From the NCBI GenBank assembly GCA_963803705.1, contig CAWDNU010000004.1:96001-160000 (forward strand): a stretch of DNA of 64,000 bases. Direction: 5' to 3'. A program made the position numbers and the translations under genes. The first letter of the stretch is position 1; each line of letters opens with the position of its first letter. The DNA is from an uncultured Pseudobdellovibrionaceae bacterium (GTDB lineage Bacteria; Bdellovibrionota; Bdellovibrionia; Bdellovibrionales; UBA1609). Shown piece after piece: positions 41,896 through 51,167 of the stretch. Under the pieces are notes generated by a model. It saw nothing but the letters and a program-made list of their open reading frames with translations. It was not told the DNA's origin and made no database searches.

Positions 41896-43482
41896 TTAGC
41901 TTGGAACAGTAGAAAATTTAAGATCTGGATTGTCTCTTTCTAACCATTTTAAGTCCCACTCGCTATTTAGTAAAATTACAGGATTTTCTTGGTTATCTAA
42001 GTAAACATCTGTTAAACCCTTGGGCGCATCAAAGTGGGGTTTTTTATCTTGATCGAAAACCCAACGAGCTAGTTCGAATGGAAGACGTTCAAGCTTTGCT
42101 TCTAAACCGTACTCGTCTTTCAAGCGGTAAAGTAAAACTTCAAACTGCAACTCACCCAAGACCCCTAAAATTGCGTCCTGCCGACCTATAGAGGGATGGT
42201 AGAAAAACTGAATTAAACCCTCTTCTACAAGATGCTGAACGGCTTCCAGCATTTTTCGCCTCTTTAAAGGATCTTTAATATTCACTCGCCCAAAAATCTC
42301 TGGAGCAAAACGGGGGATCTGGGCAAAGGTAAATTTTTTTCCTTCGGTGACTGTGTCTCCAATCTGAAAGTTTCCAGTGTCAGTGATCCCCACGATATCT
42401 CCACTGTAGGCCACTTCGACAGTTTCACGGTCCTGAGCCATAAACTGCGTCGCATAAGACAAGCGAATGTCTCGTCCCAAGTCGGAATGATAAACTTTCA
42501 TTCCCCTATCAAATGTACCACTGCAGACTCGAATAAATGCAACCCTGTCTCTGTGTTTTCGATCCATATTGGCTTGAATTTTAAATACAAAACCCGAAAA
42601 CTTTTTATCTTTTGGGTCTAATAATCCCTCGGAGGTACGTCCTGACATCTGGTTCAGGGAGCGTTCTCACAAAAAAGATCTAAAAACAAATCCACACCCC
42701 AATTGTTTTTGGCACTGCCGAAGGTCATCGGACTTATCAATCCCTGCAAGAAATTCTTTCTTTAGAAAAAGGCGGAAGAGCACCTTCCAACAGCTCTATA
42801 GTTTCGGCAAACTGAGCATAAAGTTCGCGGCCAACCTTTTGTCTTGATAATAGGATCTTGCCAACCAGAGACTATCAATTACTTCAGGATCTTCTTCACC
42901 TTTGGTGTAAAGATATAGCTTTTTACTAAAGCGGTGATAAAGCCCCTTAAAAAGTCCACCCATGCCCAAGGGCCAAGTCACTGGATAACATGACATACCT
43001 AAGGTTTTTTCCACATCGTCGATAAGGTCTAGGGATCTATGCCCTCTCGGTCCATCTTGTTAGCAAAGGTGAAGATCGGAATTTGCCTTAGCTTACAGAC
43101 TTCGTAAAGCTTTCTGGTTTGGGCTTCTACACCTTTAGCAGAGTCAATAAGCATCGCTGTGCAGTCCGCAGCATGGAGTGTTCGGTAGGTGTCTTCACCA
43201 AAGTCTTTATGTCCTGGGGTGTCCAGATAGGTTAATTCGAAGTCCCTGATAGTCGAAGTTCATAACGCTAGAGGTGATAGAAACTCCACGTTCTTGCTCC
43301 ATGGTCATCCAGTCCGAAGTGGCTGCTTTAGTGCCCTTTTTACCTTTTACTTCGCCTGCTTCCCTAATTACCTGACCATTGTATAAAATTTTTTCAGTGA
43401 TAGTGGTTTTACCAGCATCCGGATGTGAGATAATTGCAAAGGTGCGCCGCCTAGATACTTCGTCTTCAAATTTTAAGCTCAT
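41896..43482 (-). pseudogene. prfC: Peptide chain release factor 3, multiply frameshifted in this sequence (likely assembly error)
   Basis: [62 protein letters not shown] spread over several frames. Confidence 0.88.
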
Positions 43483-43742
43483 GGCTAGGAAAGTTACCAA
43501 GCAGACTCACAACTGTCTAGCTCGGACGCAGTTGAGGACATGGAATTCGACTGACCTGCATTTAAAAAAATCGCTGAATGGTTTCTAGTCTAGCCCATGA
43601 AAGGGCTAAACTGGCCTAAAGCACTCTTGCTCGCTCGTTAGGACTTTTCTGATTTCTAGCTCGGTTAGAGCTTCGCCCTAACCTGGAGTTTTTCTGTTCT
43701 TTTCCTTTACATGTCTAAGTTTTCACGTAAATTCAGGTTTCC

Positions 43743-43982
43743 ATGGCTGATAAAGATGATAAATACCCTGAAAATGTGAAAGGTAAGTTTTATGTAGATA
43801 GAGCTTGTATAGCTTGCGATGCGTGCGTCACCATGGCACCTGATAACTTTTCCATGGACGAAGATGATGGACATGCCTGGTTATCTAAACAACCTGAAAA
43901 TGAAGACGAAATCGAGCAGTGCCAAGAGGCTATCGAGGGTTGTCCTGTCGAGGCTATTGGCGATGATGGTAGTGATTCTTAG
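43743..43982 (+). CDS. Ferredoxin
   Basis: CIACDAC...CPVEAIG. Confidence 0.92.
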   Translation: MADKDDKYPENVKGKFYVDRACIACDACVTMAPDNFSMDEDDGHAWLSKQPENEDEIEQCQEAIEGCPVEAIGDDGSDS

Positions 43983-44071
43983 CTAACTAAAGACCTGAAT
44001 TTTAATTCGGTAAAAAATAGGTGTAATCAATAACACCTGGGCGCCTAGTGTTTATTATTTTTCAATTGGTT

Positions 44072-44092
44072 TACTAGGGCCTGTGGAAGATT
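44072..44092. repeat. Dispersed repeat TACTAGGGCCTGTGGAAGATT (short copy)
   Basis: 21 bp identical to 49787-49807. Confidence 0.85.
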
Positions 44093-44098
44093 TGAAAA

Positions 44099-45427
44099 TC
44101 AAAGCAGATCTAGTGGATCTTCTTTAACCAAATTCGAAAGCTCGCTCTCATCATCTTTTGCTTCAGATGGAACTTCGTGGTTCATTTCATCATTTTCTTT
44201 GACTGATTTGCCATCTTCTAAATCTTGACTCATTTTAATATCGTACTTCTGCAACCATTTTTCATCTTTAGGGTCGACAAAATCGCCCAGAATTAAAGCC
44301 TCTCTGACGCCCTCTGCACGGTCGCGGTCTCTTGATTCTTTTTGCTTACGCTTTTCCACTTCAAAAAACTCTGTCTCTGTGGAAATAACTGAAAGCTGCT
44401 CGGTTATTTTACCTAACTCTTCTTCACCTATTGAATAGCTTTGTGCTTCGAAGTTTTCCTCTAATTTACCGGCTAGCTGAGACAAAGTTGGCTTGTCATC
44501 GTCTTCACCAATGCCCTCTGGTAATAATTCTTCTATTTCAGAAAGTGAAGGAAGTTCGCTTAAGTTTCTAAGGCCAAAAATTTCTAAAAACTTTCTAGTA
44601 GTCTTATACAACATGGGCCGACCAGGAAAATCACTTTTGCCGTCAAAGGCCACAAGCCCCTTATCCATCAATGCGCGCACTAAATGACCAGACTCTACTC
44701 CTCGAACCTCGTCTACCTGTGATTTTATACAAGGTTGTTTGTAAGCTAAAATCGACAGAGTTTCTAAAGAAGGTCCGGTAAGTTTAAAAACCTTGGGTTT
44801 CAAAATCTTTTTAATAAAATCTTGGTTATCAGGCTTTGTTCGTAATTGAAAAGCACCGTCGACTTCTTCTAAGCTTACACCACGTCTTGAATTTGCGAAA
44901 TCAATTTTTAAGTCGTTAATAAGGTCTTTTATCTTTTTAGTGTCTATGTCAGTGTCTAAAAATGCACATTTAAACGTCGTAAGCCCTACAGGCCTATCTG
45001 AAATGAATAACAATGATTCTATGATTGAAATTGCTTCGTCATCTGTCAACTGAATGACTTCTGGCCGTTCTTGTTTATTTTCTTGCTCTGGTTCAGTTAA
45101 AGAGTCTTTCTTGGCATCATCAACAGGGTCGTTCGCCAAGTCGCTCACCAAACTATTCACAGATTCAAACTCTGACGTATCAAGAACTTCAGTTGATTCG
45201 TCTTCTAGAATTTCTAAGTTTTGATTTTGCTGAATTAGGGACTCGGTCAACAGATCTAAAGGATCTTTTTCTAAAGCATTTTCTGTCGCTAGGGCCTGAC
45301 TAGTTTCTGATCTTAAATTTTCTTCAGAGCTTAGATTAAAAAAATTATCTGAACTGCTACCAGATTCTATGCTTTCGGAGCCTTCATTTTTTTTCTTTTT
45401 ATCACCCATAGCTTTCTTATCACTCAT
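44099..45427 (-). CDS. scpB: Segregation/condensation protein B with acidic extensions
   Basis: IESLLF, FQLRT, LETLSILAYKQP, VRGVES, GRPMLYKTTRKFLEIFGL. Confidence 0.93.
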   Translation of the reverse strand: MSDKKAMGDKKKKNEGSESIESGSSSDNFFNLSSEENLRSETSQALATENALEKDPLDLLTESLIQQNQNLEILEDESTEVLDTSEFESVNSLVSDLANDPVDDAKKDSLTEPEQENKQERPEVIQLTDDEAISIIESLLFISDRPVGLTTFKCAFLDTDIDTKKIKDLINDLKIDFANSRRGVSLEEVDGAFQLRTKPDNQDFIKKILKPKVFKLTGPSLETLSILAYKQPCIKSQVDEVRGVESGHLVRALMDKGLVAFDGKSDFPGRPMLYKTTRKFLEIFGLRNLSELPSLSEIEELLPEGIGEDDDKPTLSQLAGKLEENFEAQSYSIGEEELGKITEQLSVISTETEFFEVEKRKQKESRDRDRAEGVREALILGDFVDPKDEKWLQKYDIKMSQDLEDGKSVKENDEMNHEVPSEAKDDESELSNLVKEDPLDLL

Positions 45428-45576
45428 AAAAATGTCCGTTGGTTAAAATTTTAACTACAATTAGCCTCACGCAGAAACAACGTTTGGAGCAACAGCCACT
45501 TGTAAAACTGTGCAGTTCAATAAAACGCAGTAAATATCATACACGTGTGGCCGCCCTTCGCTTGCCGCCAGCTCAA

Positions 45577-46662
45577 TCACTGCGTCATATCGTTCGATAC
45601 ATCATCAAATCCCAAAAGCTTTTCTTCTTCTTCTATGTCTTCATCAGTGGCGGAGTCTATAATGCCATCGGTTGCCAAAAAGTCTTTGTCATCGGGGCTT
45701 GACTGCGTAAGCTCTTTCATATCCGAAAGCGCAATATCACTAGCATCTTTATCCGGCGATGCGAAGGCTATCTCGTCTTCTTCATCAAAATTCATATCTT
45801 CAGATATATCTATTCGCTTTGGATCAAAAAGGGATTTAGACTTTTCTTCAGAATCAAGTATTTCGTACTCTTCAACTTGTGAAATCACGTCCCCGTCGAT
45901 TGTGCTCATGGCTTCTAAGTGAATATCACCATAAGTTTCGCTTTGAAAAATTTTAATCAAACCTAACTTGCCTAATTCTAATAAAGACAAAAAAGTGATT
46001 AGTAGGCTAGATCGTGTCTGTTCAGGCTTTACATTTTCACTTTTTAAAATTTCAAAAAAACTAATCCATTGGCCAGGGGTTATAAATTTTCTGATTTCTA
46101 AAATTCTAGAAGCAACAGATTGCATTCGCCCACTTACCTTGTGCACCGCTGTTTTAGCTCGCTTCACTGCTTTACGGTAACTTGTAATCAAACCAAATAG
46201 AGCATTATCCTCGACCCAAATAGTACCACCAGGACCTTCTGGCATAGGTTCTTTAGCCCCTTTCGACCACACATCACGATTTAAAAGAGTTCTTTCATAC
46301 AGGTTCTGGGAAGCCTCTTTAAACATCTGGTAATCCAGTAGCTTTTGAACAAGCTCTTTCCTGGGATCTTCAACCAAGTCTTCGTCTTCTGATTGATTGT
46401 GATCCGGCAGTAGCATTCTAGACTTAATATGTATCAAAGTGGCAGCCATAGCTACAAAATCACCTGCGTTCTCAAGATCCAAGGTGCTCATGTTTTTGAT
46501 GTAAGCTAAGTATTGACCGGTTATCTGGAATATATTGATATTCATTACATCCATTTCTTCTTTGCGAATAAGAAATAGCAGTAAGCCCATGGGGCCCTCG
46601 TACTGATTTAGATGAATTGTAACACCTGACATAAAACCTACACTTAAAATAAAACAGACCAA
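45577..46662 (-). CDS. scpA: Segregation/condensation protein A
   Basis: YEGPMGLLLFLIRK, FVAMAATLIHIKSRMLLP, DPRKELV, TFLSLLEL; probable start MSGVTI. Confidence 0.93.
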   Translation of the reverse strand: MVCFILSVGFMSGVTIHLNQYEGPMGLLLFLIRKEEMDVMNINIFQITGQYLAYIKNMSTLDLENAGDFVAMAATLIHIKSRMLLPDHNQSEDEDLVEDPRKELVQKLLDYQMFKEASQNLYERTLLNRDVWSKGAKEPMPEGPGGTIWVEDNALFGLITSYRKAVKRAKTAVHKVSGRMQSVASRILEIRKFITPGQWISFFEILKSENVKPEQTRSSLLITFLSLLELGKLGLIKIFQSETYGDIHLEAMSTIDGDVISQVEEYEILDSEEKSKSLFDPKRIDISEDMNFDEEDEIAFASPDKDASDIALSDMKELTQSSPDDKDFLATDGIIDSATDEDIEEEEKLLGFDDVSNDMTQ

Positions 46663-46846
46663 TCAGCAAAGCTTAAACCAGCCTGTATTCAACCAAGATC
46701 TTGAACCTAGGTCCAGCGTTAATTAAAAATCAGTCGCATATTTATGCAGCTTCACGCTAGAGCACTTCCCCCTGCCGCGGTATAACTTGTTTTAGATACT
46801 AAAAATGGGGAAAAACTTAAGTCTTAAACAATAAACATTTAATAAA

Positions 46847-47482
46847 GTGTGTAAGGAGATTTTTATGAAGTATTTAAGCTTAGTTGTAGCTTTTATTGTT
46901 TGTACAAACGTTTATGCCGGTAACTCTGCTTCGCAACCTCAATCAGATTTGGTTGTTGATATTGTCGAGCTAGATTTCGACGAAGATGGTTTAATGGATA
47001 CTGCTTATTTAGCAAAGTCACCTGATATGGGAAGCGACGATTTAGACCTATGGATCAAGCTTTTTTCAGACCAAGAATTTTTTAGAGTTGAAGGGCTTAC
47101 GGCAAATATGACCGCGGGTTCGGCAGGAATGAGCAATAAGCTGCAAGTAAACCCACAAGGATCAATACAAGTTTACTCGTATAACGATGCCATCGGACGA
47201 TCTCGTTGGGCAGAAACAATCACTTTTGCCTATAGAAATAAAACTATAGTATTAGCAGGCTACACTTATTTTGAAAGAGATACGCTTGATTTAAGTTACA
47301 GTACTTGCGACCTAAATCTACTTGCCTTGAAAGGCACTTTAAAATCTTCTGACGGGGATGCAACTTTTGATATAGCTAAAAAGGATAGACTTAAACTTTA
47401 TCAAGTGAACTTTGACGCATTAAGCTCTTTATACTTGATGAACTACTGTTCAAGTTTTGATTTTAACGAATCAGATTTTTAA
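46847..47482 (+). CDS. Hypothetical secreted protein
   Basis: Signal peptide (probable start MKYLSL); DFDEDGLMD acidic Ca-binding-like loop. Confidence 0.7.
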   Translation: MCKEIFMKYLSLVVAFIVCTNVYAGNSASQPQSDLVVDIVELDFDEDGLMDTAYLAKSPDMGSDDLDLWIKLFSDQEFFRVEGLTANMTAGSAGMSNKLQVNPQGSIQVYSYNDAIGRSRWAETITFAYRNKTIVLAGYTYFERDTLDLSYSTCDLNLLALKGTLKSSDGDATFDIAKKDRLKLYQVNFDALSSLYLMNYCSSFDFNESDF

Positions 47483-47510
47483 TAACAGTTTTTCGTTTTC
47501 AAACTAATTC

Positions 47511-47542
47511 AAAAAGGCCAAATAATTTATGTTTGGCCTTTT
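47511..47542. terminator. Bidirectional terminator
   Basis: aaaaggccaaat...gtttggcctttt between convergent genes. Confidence 0.75.
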
Positions 47543-47554
47543 GTTTAAGACAGC

Positions 47555-47728
47555 TCAGTTTCTTTGAGATTCACACACACAAGTTCCAGACATAGAATCA
47601 TAATTTGGAACCTGGCCAAAGCCACCACACATTCTTGAACACTCGATACTATTTTTGGGGGCAGACGTATTTTGGCAACCTAAACTCAAAGTAGATATAA
47701 TACTTATTATAAATATAGATTTAATCAT
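47555..47728 (-). CDS. Small Cys-rich lipoprotein
   Basis: MIKSIFIISIISTLSLGC lipobox, then CSRMC and CVC; ATG about 10 nt after the S2P stop. Confidence 0.6.
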   Translation of the reverse strand: MIKSIFIISIISTLSLGCQNTSAPKNSIECSRMCGGFGQVPNYDSMSGTCVCESQRN

Positions 47729-47738
47729 AAAAAAATCC

Positions 47739-48419
47739 TTACAGTATTGCGAAGATAAAACCCCATAGGCCAATAAACAGATTTGCGGTGAACATAATAG
47801 GCTTGGAAAGAAAAGAAGCTCCCCGTCCAGAAAACCCGTCCGCAATAATCAGAAATAAAAGTACAAAACTTATCATTTGGCTATTATCTTCCAGCCAGAT
47901 GTTAATCCGCTCGGGCAAAAACCTAGCCATGATTTTTCCGCCGTCAAGCGGATGCACTGGGATTAAATTAAAAAAAGCTAAGGCTAAATTAATAATTACA
48001 AAAAATTGTAAAATGGCGTTCACCGCTTTAGCAGTTTCAAAAGACGGGTTGAACCTAGCATTCAAAGCAAATGCTAAAGCCCCTACAAACGCCAAAAAGA
48101 AATTCGAAGCTGGTCCTGCAAGCGCAATCCAAAACATATCTTTTCTAGGGTTAGACAAATTCCTAGTACTAACAGGAACAGGTTTTGCCCAACCAAAAAA
48201 GAACCCCCCTCCTGAAAGAATTGCCATCATTGGAAATAAGACAGTGCCAAACGGGTCCATATGAGAAATAGGATTTAAGGTTAAACGTCCCATAGTCTCT
48301 GCCGTGGGGTCACCTAAGCGCCTTGCCACCCAAGCATGAGCCCACTCGTGAAAACTGATTGCAAATAAGAAAGGTATAAAAATAAGAGAAACGCGCTCTG
48401 CAATTGCAAAAATATCCAT
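47739..48419 (-). CDS. Site-2 protease (peptidase M50)
   Basis: HEWAH, GRLTLNP, FGWAKPVPV, AGPASN, FNLIPVHPLDGG. Confidence 0.93.
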   Translation of the reverse strand: MDIFAIAERVSLIFIPFLFAISFHEWAHAWVARRLGDPTAETMGRLTLNPISHMDPFGTVLFPMMAILSGGGFFFGWAKPVPVSTRNLSNPRKDMFWIALAGPASNFFLAFVGALAFALNARFNPSFETAKAVNAILQFFVIINLALAFFNLIPVHPLDGGKIMARFLPERINIWLEDNSQMISFVLLFLIIADGFSGRGASFLSKPIMFTANLFIGLWGFIFAIL

Positions 48420-48420
48420 G

Positions 48421-49581
48421 CTATAACAACTCTAGTTTAGCAATTGTTTGAAGCTGCATATTTGTTGTGCCTTCATAAATTTGACCGATCTTAGCGTCTC
48501 TGAAGTACTTTTCAGCAGGATATTCAGAGGTAAAGCCATTTCCACCAAATAGATCGATCGACATAGATGCGACTGACTCTGCAATTCGCGAAGAGTAGAG
48601 TTTCGCCATGGCAGCTTCTTTAACAAAATCTTGGCCGTTATCCTTTAATCTCGCCGCATTATAAACCAGAAGTTTTGCCGCTTCTATCTGAGTGCGCATT
48701 TCGGCTAATTGAAATTGCACGCCCTGGAAGCTAGAAATCGACTTTCCGAATTGCTCTCGGCTTACGACATAATCTTTTGCCGCTTCATAAGCCCCTTGAG
48801 CTATTCCAATCATCTGCGCACCGATACCGATGCGACCTTCATTTAAAGTTTCAATTGCAACTTTATAACCCTTACCAACTTCGCCCAAAATATTCTCTTT
48901 TGGAACTTCGCAGTTTTCAAATAAAATTTCACATGTTGAACTAGCTTTTATACCCAATTTATCTTCTTTTTTGCCAACTGAAAAACCAGGAAAATCTTTT
49001 TCAACCAAAAAGGCTGTAATGCCTTTATATCCTTTTGATGGGTCCACATTGGCAAACACTATAAATAAATTAGCTTCATTAGCATTGGTAATCCAAAGCT
49101 TATTCCCGTTTAAAATATACTTGTCGCCTTTTAGTTCTGCTTTTAATTTCAAAGCAAAAGCGTCAGAACCAGAAGAGCTTTCACTTAGCGCGTAGGCCCC
49201 AACCCATTCAGAGGCTAATTTAGGAAGGTAGCGCTCTTTCATGGCATCACTTCCCCACTTCAAAAATGCATTAGTTACTAATGTGTTTTGCACGTCTACT
49301 AATACACTGACAGATCCATCAACTTTTCCCAGCTCTTCAACAGCTAAACATGCCGAGGTGAAGGATGCGCCTAAGCCTCCGTAGTTTTCAGGTGATTCGA
49401 TACCCATTAAACCCATTTCGAAGAATTTCTTCACCAAACCAGGATCCATTTTAGCATCTTTGTCCATTTTGTGAACAAGGGGCTTTATCTCGGATGCTGC
49501 GAATTCAGCAACAGCTTGCTTAAATGCTAAATCATCTTCACTGAATTGGGTTAGAGCAGTATATTTTGAATCTGTAGACAT
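48421..49581 (-). CDS. Short/branched-chain acyl-CoA dehydrogenase
   Basis: ALSESSSGSDAF, KLWITN, KLGIKASST, LNEGRIGIGAQ, RDAKIGQIYEGT. Confidence 0.93.
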   Translation of the reverse strand: MSTDSKYTALTQFSEDDLAFKQAVAEFAASEIKPLVHKMDKDAKMDPGLVKKFFEMGLMGIESPENYGGLGASFTSACLAVEELGKVDGSVSVLVDVQNTLVTNAFLKWGSDAMKERYLPKLASEWVGAYALSESSSGSDAFALKLKAELKGDKYILNGNKLWITNANEANLFIVFANVDPSKGYKGITAFLVEKDFPGFSVGKKEDKLGIKASSTCEILFENCEVPKENILGEVGKGYKVAIETLNEGRIGIGAQMIGIAQGAYEAAKDYVVSREQFGKSISSFQGVQFQLAEMRTQIEAAKLLVYNAARLKDNGQDFVKEAAMAKLYSSRIAESVASMSIDLFGGNGFTSEYPAEKYFRDAKIGQIYEGTTNMQLQTIAKLELL

Positions 49582-49644
49582 AAAAATTCTCCTTAAAATT
49601 CATTGAACATTAGTTGTAAGTCATAGTTATATTAAATATTAGGA

Positions 49645-49776
49645 GGAAAAGATAGGCTCTGCCCCCAAGTGAGACGTGGATTCGCCCATGCATTGAATGG
49701 TTTGTGATTATCCTGTTTCTATCGCGCAGTTTAACCTGAGTAGTCCCAATGTACTCTGGAAGCCCAACGGCGTCAT
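49645..49776 (-). ncRNA. Candidate structured RNA / leader (family not recognised)
   Basis: GC-richer non-coding stretch with several complementary segments upstream of the acyl-CoA dehydrogenase. Confidence 0.3.
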
Positions 49777-49789
49777 AGCTACTACATAC

Positions 49790-49818
49790 TAGGGCCTGTG
49801 GAAGATTCATCTAGGTTT
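49790..49818. repeat. 29-bp direct repeat, copy 1
   Basis: tagggcctgtggaagattcatctaggttt; 28/29 identical to 52694-52722. Confidence 0.9.
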
Positions 49819-49939
49819 TATCAGGGACATTTCACGGCTTTAAAAACAGATAAACAGTCCAACGATACTACCGAAAGACATATTAGATCGATGAATTTTT
49901 AGATTGATGACTAGTGTTTAAAATGAATTTCTGTAGAAA

Positions 49940-50263
49940 TTAGTCTTTAGAAGGATAATCCATAATGCTTTCTTGGCCCGAGCCAGAGAAATTGTGGTTT
50001 AGACCATAAATACTGCCAAGAGTATGCATTAAAATATTCTTAAATTGTTCTTCCTGCTCAGGAGTTAAGTCGGTAGACTTTCGCGTCATATTGCCAGCGA
50101 AGTTATGGCTAAGGCGCATCACTGCTGCAAACTGATGGACCATAAGGCTCTCTATTTGCGCTATCTGCGCGGCAGTTAAGGGCTCACCTTCGTTAAGAAC
50201 ATCTTTGTCAGCAAAAGAACTCAAGGAAAATACCGTTGCCAGTATTAAAATAAAAAATTTCAT
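49940..50263 (-). CDS. Small secreted protein with two degenerate metzincin-like repeats
   Basis: Signal peptide; HQFAAVMRLSHNFAG and HTLGSIYGLNHNFSGS...SIMDYP. Confidence 0.7.
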   Translation of the reverse strand: MKFFILILATVFSLSSFADKDVLNEGEPLTAAQIAQIESLMVHQFAAVMRLSHNFAGNMTRKSTDLTPEQEEQFKNILMHTLGSIYGLNHNFSGSGQESIMDYPSKD

Positions 50264-50506
50264 ATTTGTGCCTCCGTAATATTCATATACAAGAACCGTG
50301 CTCGTTTGAACAATGTTTTAAATGTAATAAAATTCACTAAGACAAATTCAAACTGTCTAAGTTTCGAATGAGAGCCCAAAATGGTCTTTTCTGTAGCTTT
50401 TAAGCCTTTTGAGCCTTTAAGCTTTTAACCATAAGCTATAAGCCTTAATTTTACTCATGTGTATTCAAATTAAAGCTCATATAAGCCTTTCCCTTATATT
50501 TAAAAC

Positions 50507-50543
50507 TTTACTATACGCATAAAATTGTGTATATTAATACACA
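50507..50543 (+). promoter_or_regulatory. Putative sigma70 promoter and operator of the TA operon
   Basis: TTTACT-17bp-TATATT overlapped by inverted repeat TGTGTAT-atta-ATACACA. Confidence 0.6.
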
Positions 50544-50558
50544 TAGAGGAGACCTTTT

Positions 50559-50807
50559 ATGTCTGCCGTTAGAATAAATATAACTCTTCCTGAAGATGTT
50601 ATCGAATTACTAAAAGACCATGCCGGCCCAAGAGAACAAAGCTCTTTTATTGCCGAGAGCGTTCGTTTGAGAGTAGAGCAGATCAAAAAAGAAAACCTGC
50701 TTCTTGAACTCAAAGTACAATACCAGGAAGCCTCAAGAGAAGCTCTAGAAATCAATAATGACTTTGATCACACCTTAAGCGACGGGCTTGATAATGAAAA
50801 TTTTTAG
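50559..50807 (+). CDS. Type II antitoxin (ribbon-helix-helix)
   Basis: RINITLPE...SSFIAESV, acidic C-terminus, overlaps toxin. Confidence 0.8.
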   Translation: MSAVRINITLPEDVIELLKDHAGPREQSSFIAESVRLRVEQIKKENLLLELKVQYQEASREALEINNDFDHTLSDGLDNENF

Positions 50808-51126
50808 AGGCGATATTTTTTTAGCCCAACTTGACCCTACTGTGGGGCGTGAGATTAAAAAAACGAGGCCCGTTATTGTCGTCTCTAACAACGCTAACAA
50901 CGAGATGGCGGGTACAGTAACCGTAGTTCCGTTAACTTCTATAAACACAGACCGCATCAGACACTTTGAAACCCTGATTTTAGCTCTTGATAAGCCTTCA
51001 AAAGCTAAAGCTGATCAAGTTAGAACTCTTGATAAATCAAGACTATTTAAAAAACTTGGGCAAATCAATCAGGATGTAATAAAAGAACTTAATCATGCAT
51101 TATTGGTACATTTAGATCTTCTATAG
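50794..51126 (+). CDS. PemK/MazF family endoribonuclease toxin
   Basis: RGDIFLAQLDPTVGREIKKTRPVIVVS, VVPLTS, DQVRTLDKSRL. Confidence 0.93.
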   Translation: MKIFRGDIFLAQLDPTVGREIKKTRPVIVVSNNANNEMAGTVTVVPLTSINTDRIRHFETLILALDKPSKAKADQVRTLDKSRLFKKLGQINQDVIKELNHALLVHLDLL

Positions 51127-51167
51127 TTTACTTTAATCATAAACTATACATTTCTCAGCGTGCAAAG

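Noticed and set aside
49610..49810. 66-aa ORF upstream of the acyl-CoA dehydrogenase
   Set aside because: Starts inside a dispersed repeat, has no RBS or recognisable motif; more likely non-coding.
50394..50490. Degenerate AAGC(C/T)TT repeats upstream of the TA operon as iterons
   Set aside because: Irregular spacing, low complexity and no rep gene.
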